A stretch of DNA of 64,000 nt. Source: Trichoplax adhaerens. Lineage: Eukaryota > Animalia > Placozoa. The notes under the pieces were generated by a model, which worked only from the letters and a program-made list of their open reading frames with translations, had not been told where the DNA came from and did no database searches. The position numbers and the translations under genes were made by a program. Positions 42,636 through 53,900 of this stretch are shown here, in pieces. The DNA lies in contig NW_002060944.1 of the NCBI RefSeq assembly GCF_000150275.1, positions 6,733,102 through 6,797,101 of the forward strand, read 5' to 3'. How positions within the stretch are numbered: the first letter of the stretch is position 1; each line of letters starts with the position of its first letter.

Positions 42636-45600
42636 TTACAAATCGATCCTATCTTATAAATCATCTAACGGCAAAATACGATACTTTGTTATACTTTAAT
42701 AATAAGTTATTATAATAGAATATTAGCTGATGGTGAGCTACAAAATACTGATTGAATAAATACAGGGTAGCATTCAAATTCATGAATAAAAATTTCAATC
42801 ACCTAATAGAAGTATTATAATTTTTTCTTATTCAGAAATCCCACTTTTAGAACTATTATATATGAAATTAACAAACCCGTTAAAATTTTACTCAATAATT
42901 TATCATTGTATGCAATACGTCTACATTAAAACCAAGGACCAGTTTTGATACTTCATTTGTCAAAGATATTTAAGAGTCTCTGTTGACTTTTAAATCAAAA
43001 TTTAACCTAACCTAGTGTAAAATTAATCGCATCTTCATTATATCTTTCCAATAAATTATTAATATTCTAAAACGAATGACATAGCTGGATGGTCAACGTG
43101 ACTAACCGATAAATCATTTTTATCCAATTCGCACAAAATGATCTATATCCACTGAGAATTGAAAATTTTGCAATGGCTTGAAATTTGATAATTTCTAATC
43201 TTTTTGGGTAAAAGTAGATTGCATAAATTATATCAGTTTCATGGAAGATTTCATACTTCCATAAAATGTTCTTAACAATTCTGAAAGGTTTTACTTAAAA
43301 TAGATCTTGAAAAAGATTAAGTTAAGCTATATTAAAAAAGCAATTAAATTATTCATTACATGTTGTAGAGATTAATATTATTTAGATCTAAAAAAGTCTT
43401 AAGCATCTTACATAGACCCTCTAATAGTTATCACGAAAAGATTTGGCCATTTTTCATTCACTAATATGAGTAATTCTAACTAGAATAGACATAAAATTGG
43501 CTTTGTAAAAGCTCAAACTTAATTAATCTGTTTTAAAGTCTACTTTATAATTATGGATAGCTAATAACATGGAACAACCGTTTAGTTGTACAAGCCTATT
43601 CAACTATTGCGATAGGAAGTGATCTATTAGTGATTAGGTATCGTTACTATTAATTAGATATACTGTATTTGTAGTCTCTTTAACCATATCCCATCGGCTT
43701 TTCTATTATATAGGTAGTATAATCCCTTGAACTATCTTTTAGAGTATACTTGTTTACAGCTAATTTCGATCTTCTATTATACTATAAAATAATAACCAGT
43801 CAATCAGTCCATAATATCATGTGACGACAATGTAATCCTTGAATTCATCAAAAATTAACTATCATAGAATTAAAAATAGATGATAAATGTGATTAAGATA
43901 TTAATTAATCATAATAAACATGTTTGAAATCAGTCAATTGATCGCAACGAATTCAATAGTAACATTGCAGTTCGTTTTAACTATCAGGAAATGAAGATAA
44001 TTCTATTTGCAGATTTCTATATGATATACTTTATAAAGTCTAGGTCTATCATAGCAACGCAATTTTGTTATAAATTGGATGATAAAAAATACTCTACAAC
44101 CAGTACTACATGGCATTAAAGATATACCTCGATAACTCTGTAGATGCTATAAAGTTACAAGTAATAAAACTTGCGAGGATGCAATTGATTTGGTAAATCA
44201 AATTATCTTAAAACATGCTGACACGTTAATAGAACAGTAAAAATTGATCTCATAAAGGACCTATCAGATAGTGTCGTATAAATTACGAATAATAATGATA
44301 GTAGCACTACAGTTAGCTTAAAATGTAATAGTCTCCAAAATTATCTTAAGATTAATACCAGTAGCGAAGATTCATTATAAGAAGAAAACTATATATTATC
44401 AATTAGAGTGAAATTAATGATTATAACAAATTGATAGTTCATCTCAAGATATCAAAGTATTGCTAGAATTTGTAATAATTATAGGCTGTAATTTTAACGA
44501 TCTGTCACTAGTAAAATTAATTATGTTTGTTGCGGTAGGGTAGCAAAGATCCATTAAAAAGATGTAAATTAATTGAAAATAATAACTTAGACATTTAAAA
44601 TTATTGACTAGACAAGGTCTATTATTTTGGTTATAACTTATCCTATCTAGAATTGACTTATACTACGGCATTGAAGTTGTTATTATTGATACAGACAACC
44701 AGTATCGTGATTTTTAGCAATTCGTTAAGCACAAAATTCGAGGTAAATCTTTTAGATATGAAGAGAGAGAACATGAACTATTCAATGGCCCATGACTGAG
44801 TTTAAAAAGATTGTCTAAATATTAGGATATTTACTTTTCTAGTGATTTCTTATATTTAGGCGTTATCTGATACTTTAATATAATCAAGCAAATGCTAAAT
44901 TGATATCGCTAAAATGATAAAAGTGATCAGTAATAATCATCTTCAAAGTACTACAATGATGTCAGCAATTTGCAAATGGACTTGATTATCACATGACAAT
45001 ATTATGAATCTTCTAGTCTTTCCACCCTTTTTTATCCCAAAGGATATAATCTAGCTGTGATGTATGATCTATTCCCAACAGAAAGTTAGTATTCAATCTA
45101 TGTTTGTTGATAAATTAAATTGATTATATGGAGGTACGCTAGCAACAAGACTTGAATATAATCTAATTCTCTGCGGGGATGTATCCTAAACTTTACATAA
45201 TATATGGACCACACCTACCATCTTGTTGACGATATTGATTACTTGTATCGGCAATATCTATCATTTATACATTATAGAATTATTAATCTCGATTTAATCA
45301 CGTTTATAATTCAAGCATGGGAGATAGTATTTATAAACTAAATCTATCTGTTGAAATAATATAATAGAAAGAATCTTGACTCGATCATCTTCATTATGCC
45401 AGACTGAAATTTAGTTCTGCCAATCGAATCAATCAATCAACTATCCGGAGGCAGAACGTCAAAAAATCACCATTGATTTGATCATGTTTATAATTTATGT
45501 TTGATAGTTTGTACTATCAATCATATCATTCTTGATTTGATTAAGGTTATAGTGAAGTGAATAAATTAATCGATTTACAACAGTATCCTCAATATATTTA

Positions 45601-47903
45601 CCTATTATGAAGCCCAGATCCGCAAGTTATCTTGTAAATTTATTTGTGAAATTTTACGAATAAATTGTAATACTAGTAATTTTTAAATTATCTATGACTC
45701 ATTGACCCGTGCTCTTCTCAAATAGCAAGCAGTAGGGGAGTGCTAGTAATTAATCTTCAACGTGGCAATGTTCGTCATATTTAAAACAGAATATGGTCTC
45801 ACGCCGCGGTTAAACAAAAGCCTATAGAACTATTTTTAAGGCGGTTAGAGAAGAATTTAAATTCAGCAAAAGTAGCTGAATAGTTTTAAAAGTTTGCCGA
45901 TGCTAATTTAAGAGGTTCATTAAGTTCGAAGCTAGAGTCTCTAGTTTTTATTCTACCTGATTCTATGTTAAAAGGTAAAAACTTCTTACTGATATCAATA
46001 ATCAGGCAGTGGTACACTAAAAAATACTATAAGTACACTTCTGTTACGTAAATTGGTTGACTAAGTACTGATGACTGTTTGATGGCAATGTTAGTAATAT
46101 TTTTTAGGATATAATAAAAAAACTGCATATTTAAAAATCTACTACATGAATGATTAACAGATCTTTAAAGTAAAATGTTATTGTACAGTCATAAACTTAT
46201 AACTACTATGCTAAAAGAGTAGATATTCGTATTATAACAACTATAGTGATAAAATGATAGCTATCTTGCTATATACCGTACTTCCCAAGATTAATTAAAT
46301 GTAATTTGAAATTAAATTCAAGATCTAATGCATTTGCTGCTGCTGTAGCTTTCGGTCAATTTACAGTTTTCGTCTCCATTTTAGATACACAACTCTAACT
46401 AAAGTGGAACTAATAATCGTTAAGCTAGAAGAACAATTAAAAAAAGACTAAATTAATCTTGAAATCAATGACTTAAAAAACTTAAAATAGAAACGTTATT
46501 TCACTGATATTCTAATTCTAGCCTTAACCTTGACGGTAATCTTAATTTTTTACCTAATTTATCACAATTTTTAACCCTAACTTTATTACCTCCAATTTAA
46601 TGACAACATTAGTGACGCAATGAATAGAAATTAAGGTATTATCGTATCTAATTGATTTTTTTTGTATTTATGACCTTAGCGTTGGTTTTAATACTTGACA
46701 GCAAAGTATACTTCCATTTAAATAAACCTTTATCTACGGTTATGACGTTAATTTATTTACTAAGCATTCCTACTGTCTCTTTACCAATTATTCTGTCACA
46801 GCCGGATTTGGATAAAGTTGTATTGCTCCTGACCACTGACAGATACTGAGTTAAACAGAGTAGAGCAAAATTGTAATTTTCTGTCATTAGTCAGCTCTTT
46901 TAATTCTTTTAAACCGTTTTTGATTCCTTGACTACCTACCATTTCTTAATCCATTACGAAATTAAACTCTTAAAATACGTACATCAATCAATAAGTATTA
47001 TTACGGACAAATGCCGTATCTCTGTTTACATGTAGAATGCTAGATAAACTGGAATCATTTCATTAAGAAGTCCATTGCATAAGCACGCCAAGATAAGAAA
47101 CAACCCAAAGAGCGATACTGAGAGTACTTACGATTCTAATTATCAAAGGTGGGATAATTTTATTGAACGCCAAAAATCGATATTAGGAAGAAAGTGACGA
47201 AGCAAACAGAAAAACTAAATTAAAATAAGTAGTTTTAACTCAAGAGTTAATTTTTTCTTTTTTAATTGATAAGTATAAATAATCTACATCACAATATGTT
47301 TGATAGTACACACATTTTCTGTTTTAATAGTAAAATATATAAAATGACTTAGCACAGGATATCTTAATGTACTCTGGACTACTCTGACTTTAAAAATAAT
47401 TATGCTGATTAGAACCAAGAGGTGATGCCGTGGGCATAATTATTTTATATTGATTTTCTCACGTAAAGGTGTCCTTCCATTAAGTTACCGATTGAATTGT
47501 CGATAAACCATTCATTAGTCTTGATGCAAGTCTTTAGGCTCGACGCCTTATTAAGATATAATTTATTGACTTGATAGATTTCATCCTTATGATTAAAGCA
47601 TAAAAATTTTCGATATCGATACCAGTTAAATTGTGCCAATTTTTTTACTACATTATTACATTAGAGCCGTAATTAAGAGAAATGAGAAGGAAAAGAAGTG
47701 ATCAAACTTCAGAAACTTTTGATGAGAATTTTTTTACTTTTATTCTAGATTATTAATAAGCTTTATATCGCAATTTGATGTTTTATTCAAGTCATGCAAA
47801 TAAAATGGATATTTCGTTCGCTATCATTGCCTTCACTTATAATATGACATTGCTCTCTATTCTATCAGCTAATTGGAATCTTGTATTATTACTTCTAGTT
47901 GAT

Positions 47904-50900
47904 ATGTCATCGAATGGCCATCGCTGTCATCAAAGGTTTGCTGCATCAAGTAGCTATCAATCTGATCAACCCTCTCATCATGCCATAGATAGGAATAAAC
48001 ATCAGGATTTGCCTTATCATGGAAAAGCTAAATCACCTGATTTATTATCACCAATATCAGCCCATGATCGATATCAACAAGGCCGCCAACAACAAGATAG
48101 AACAAATCAAAACTATAAAGCAGATAATTATCGACAACCTCACGATGTAATTAGAGAATTTCAATCAGAACAACAGATTAATAGTAACGATGATGCCGAT
48201 ATTGATGATGAAATTCATCCAGTTGTATGCTGGTATTTACATAAAGACGAATGGCCAAGGAAATATTTTGTTAAACTATCCCAATGGAGATATCCTTTCA
48301 TAGATGGATTTAATATTATCAAGTAGTTAGATAGAATTCGGTCTTTAATTAACCTTGATTATATCTAGCTCTCTCATTTCTGCAAGTAGCCACTTTATAC
48401 GCGTACCCTTCATTAGTTTACCAGTCTTTAAAATTATCTACAATACAGAATGACCTAACTATAAAGATTGGTCATAATTATACTGTACCTTAATAATGAC
48501 GACTAGTTCATCAAAATTGCAAATCATGTAATACGTATCATCTAATATATATTGAATTTATAGTATTTATATGCGTAGCATAATTATTAACTTTTATTTA
48601 TTTTTATATCCTCATTCTAAAAGTATTGGCCTTAACTTTTGCTTTCTCACATGGTTCGAGCGAATTACAATCATCGTTATCTTAATTAACTGCGTTACTT
48701 TAGGCTCTTATAATCCAGCTGGTCAATTTAAAAATAATACTTGCGTGGATAGCACATGTCAAATAACGAGTGTGGTCGACAATATTATATTTGGTTATTT
48801 TGTAGTAGAAATGATTATCAAAATGGTCGCTTTAGGTGTTTTTGGTAAATATGCCTATTTTTCAAGTGGCTGGAATCGATTAGATTTTATAATTGTCTTA
48901 ACTGGGTAAGTTAGTCAAGTTTACAAGTGCGGCTAAGCATGACTAGAATATAGGGCACAGTAAAATATAAATACTCAATACTATATGCTTATCTTACCTA
49001 TAATGAGATCTACACCCTATCTATCTTGATAACTGATGATCTAAATAAATTCTGCAAAGCTTATTGCTAGCAATATAACGTAGAATCTCATGAAAAGTGA
49101 GATATTATTGTGATTAATGCATCAAAATTCTTGCCATAATTTCTAGATGCCTGGAATATTTAATTAATGAAGGAGAGTTTTTAACGATTATACGTACAGT
49201 CCGCGTTTTAAGACCACTAAGAGCAATTAATCGCGTTCCGAGTAAGTAATTTTATTCTATTAACCATATAGCAAATACATTGTTTCTATCAGGGCAATAA
49301 AATTATCAATCTAATGAACGATGACTTGGGTTGGAAATTCGATGACATTGAGTAAAGCGTATCCATGCAATCCTAGTTAATATCAAATTTTTTTCCATCT
49401 TTCAATTTATAGGCATGCGGTTATTGGTTAATCTCTTACTAGATACTTTACCATTACTTGGCAATGTTTTAATGTTATGCTTCATAGTATTTTCTATATT
49501 TGGTATCGTTGGTGTTCAATTATGGAAAGGTATTCTGCGTAGCCGATGCACTTTACAACAGAATATCACTGCGCCACCAGGGTAAGGTCTTGCAAGTATC
49601 ATAGTACTACCTTTACCGCTATATGTCAGTAACGAGTTAAAACTATCTCTCTGTATTCTTCTATTTCCTTTCCCAATCTCTTGTATTTTAGACTTATTCT
49701 ATATTTATTTTACGTATTTCGATGCATGTAATTATAAAGATCAGTAACTTTAAATTAGATTTAATGTTAGAGCTAGTTGAATGTATTAGTTATAGCTGAA
49801 ATTATATACTATAGGTGTGAGTATTTTAAATTAACGATGACTTTTTTATCATTACCTAGCATCTTTTTATATCGATACTATTTACCGAGCTACGAAGATC
49901 CTGACTATGTTTGCAGCTTACCTGAGTATAATGGGATCCATCACTGTAGAGATCTAACATTATCCAACCTAACGTTAGACTTAACATGCAAAATAACAAA
50001 CCAAACATTAGCCAGTCAGTATGGGGACGGAACATGTACAGAATATCTTCAGTTCTACGATACATGTAGTACCAGCGGACCAAATATATTCTACGATAAT
50101 ATTTCATTTGACAACTTCGCTATGGCATTTATAGCAATATTTCAGGTAGAATCTTTCAGTATTTGAAACTAAAGTTGAATATACACTTTAGATATAATGA
50201 TCGTCGAAAAATGTTGCATCAAGGATCTAGATGTAGATTCAGTATTCATACCTGTAGATTTATGAATATGTGCTTATAGTGAATGATCATGCAGTTCTAT
50301 TTGCACGTAATAAATGTGATGAAAAATAATATTATAATATATTATAAATACATTGTATTTAGACTTGATAAAATATGATCAAAGTTCAGATCAGAACATC
50401 ATATAAAATGTAAATAATGGGCAAATAATTGTTGTATATTATCCATGGCTAGGTAATTACGTTAGAAGCATGGGTAGATATCATGTATGCCATTCAAGAT
50501 GGACATGCTTCCATAGATTGGATCTATTTTGTAATTTTAATATTGGTAAGCAAATTTTAAATTCAAAAATTAATTTGTTACACGATAACCTTAGGTACCT
50601 ATTAATGGAGTACATCAGGTTGCATATATGAATATAGATTTATTTATGTATATAATCCATGCTATTAGTTAGAATATAGAACCTTAGCCGTCAATGCATA
50701 CTAAATCACTAATATTCTTTGTTATTAAATACAGATTGGTTCCCTCTTTTTACTCAATTTTACATTGGTGGTTATGGCTACGCAATTTTCTGAAACTAAA
50801 CGTAGAGTTACTAAAAAAGCAAGAAATAGCCCATCTGCTATAAGATCTCGTCGTGGCTCATTTAGCACATTGTCTAGCAGCGCCGAATCGCGGACATGCT

Positions 50901-53900
50901 ATAATGAAACAATTCGTTTAATACGCCGCATAATACTATACATAGCATATTTGATCCAGCAATTCTATAGTCGATGTTTAAAAAAAATGTAAGTACTGTT
51001 ATAAAACTGATAGGGTAAGCTACTAAAAAAATAAATGTAGCTATTTCGGTGTAGTAAATAAATTCTGAAGCTAAAATCTTGTGCTAAAAACTTGTCAATA
51101 AGTTTCTTTATGTAGTCTAAACTAACCAAATTGCGACTTTACAATGAAGTTTAAAGTACTATAATCGTAGGATTAAGACCTTATCACACAGTAATAGAAC
51201 GATATAATCCTGTAACAACGATATAATAATCCTTATTTCTATCCCTATTTATGATAGCTGGAACCGTTTATACAATCGATGTCTAATATGTAAAAGGAAA
51301 TGGAGCTCTCGCCATCAACGTTCAACCTCTATGAGTGAAAGCCGCGTTAATGGAAATGCTAAATTTACTTCTGATGATCAGCGATTAGATCGCTTGCATC
51401 AAAATTTCTTTCTGCCTGATATAGACGGATCATGTTTATCTGATGGTACTGAAAGATCAACATATTTAGCATTTCGATTAGATAATTGGCGTCAACGATC
51501 TTACTCTCAGAATACTACTACAACCAGCCAAATCTATCAGGAATCAGCACTTCGTGATCGATTAGGAAAGCGTAATGGTGATCTTGCAATCAATAATTCG
51601 CTATACGATGGAACAACTGATAATGACGGCGATACACCTATCCATCCGTTAGAAAGTAATACCGAATTACAATTATTCAATTTTCAACTCCGTCATCAAC
51701 CGGATGGTGTAAGTTTGACTACCGATCTATCCAATAAACTTACCAATTATCAAAAATTAAAGCAGCGGATCCGACGACTTCGAGTTCGCTGTTGTATATT
51801 CACAAAGAGTCAAAAATTTTCTTTAATCGTTTTATTTGCAATTCTCGCCAACACGATTGTAATGGCTATTGAGCATCATAATCAGGTAAAATCAATTTTA
51901 ACAATGTATAATGCAGTTGTAAATTCTTTCGTTACATATATGCACAAGCACAAATTTAATAAGGCCTCCAGTAAATTAATCTTATAAAAGCGCTTAGCAA
52001 TAAATTTTAAATTGGAGAAGAGGCGATGACTAAGTATATAGTTACAGTTCACTTCGTCCTACTATTAAATATTCAAAATCGTTATTATCCTACTGTACTA
52101 TAAAATTACAGTTATCGTGATAACTGACAACGAATAATATGCTATAAGGGTAGGAGATATAGAAATGATATTAGAATTTATTTTTTATATACGGACATAT
52201 TCGTGCGTCTGAATATCTTGATTATACTAATTCCTATTGTATTATAACATTAAAATCTTAAGCCCACGTATCAAATCCAAGCCTTGGAAGTTTGCAATAT
52301 CATTTTTACGATATTCTTTACCCTGGAAATGGTATTTAAGCTCTTCGCGCTGGGCTTACTACACTACGCTAAAGATAGTTTTAACGTTTTCGATGCCATC
52401 ATTGTCATAGTTAGGTGAGAATTATAATAGAAAATTAGCATTATCAGCTTAAAATCTATAAGTCAGATGAATCTATATACTCGATACATCATAATTTAAT
52501 AGATACATTTTAGTTCTACTACATAAATATGGTGCTATTGCAGATCGAATGATGATAATATAGTCAGCAAGTTAAAATAATTCGGTAGTCAGTTTCAAAG
52601 CAATATTGACCATTTTAAATAGTAGAGATCACTAGCTTTTTACTTTATAAGTAGAAAGCGTATGGACTATCTTAATGACTAGAAGATTCACATGATACTT
52701 AACAATGCGCGTCTAATGATAAACTAGAATTAATATCAATCTAACCGTTTACCTAAGTGAAATTCTTAATCTTTATATCCACACTATACTTTAATTATAG
52801 TGCCAATGATCATGAATCAAATAATATGTTAAATCATTCGATGCGTACAATTAAAAGTAAATTTTGCAAGTTAAAAATGATAGAGATTGTTAGCTCATTA
52901 ATTTATATGTGATGAATTACTTAGTAATGTATTGGCCGAAACAAGAGCTAAGAGTGATCGTATTTAATTTTAATTTAGAGGTGTTTTAAATTACATGCGG
53001 TACCATAATTATAAAAGTAATGTTTACTTTTATTTCCTGGCTCTCTAACTGGACCATAAAGATTAATATTTTTGTATTTGTGTCGTTTTAATCTTTGTTA
53101 GCCTTGTTGAAATTGCTACTGATGGCAAGGGATTATCTGTTCTACGATCTTTCCGATTATTGAGAATCTTTAAGATTGTTCGCTTTCTGCCAACACTACA
53201 ACGTCAAATGATGGTCATGGCGCAAACATTCGATAATGTTGTCATCTTTCTTGGATTACTATTCCTATTTATGTTCACTTTCAGCATATTAGGAATGCAT
53301 CTTTTCGGTAATCGATTCTGCTTAGCACGCGTAAAGGATGGCCCAGTCGTTTGTTCGCGTAAAAATTTCGATAGTTTACTATGGGCATTTGTAACGGTCT
53401 TTCAGGTTAGCAATCTACACTATTAGTACATTAAATCGTAGTAATTTTATCTCGTAATTAATTATTAAATAAAAAGCTTTTTTTCTTCAAACTATGCATA
53501 TTACTTGCATATATAAAATTAGATTTTAACACAAGAAGATTGGAACGTCGTCATGTATGATGGGATGTTAGCTCGTGGTAAATGGGCTGCAATTTACTTC
53601 CTAGCTTTGGTCACATTAGGCAATTATGTGCTACTTAATCTATTGGTTGCTATATTAGTTAACGGTTTCCAAGAGCAGGAGAAGGTATAATACATATATC
53701 AATATTTCTGGTTATAGCTGATATGCTTTTCAAATATTATCATGTTTCCAAGACATTCTTCATATTAACTACTGTAGCTATATACCGCATTTATTGACTA
53801 ATCTAAAGGAACATAATGCTGTAGACTGCTTAAATTTATATATATATATATATATATATATAGCCAGCTATTCATACTAGTCTAGTCCTCAAATCCAGAA

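Noticed and set aside
47775-47898. Hydrophobic signal-peptide-like N-terminus of the 183-aa ORF
   Set aside because: It is read-through of a pyrimidine-rich intron end before the acceptor at 47898. Cav channels have cytosolic N-termini.
48606-48613. Second ATATCCT-like site inside the U12 intron
   Set aside because: Imperfect (ATATCCTC), only 45 nt from the acceptor, and not connected to the upstream reading frame.
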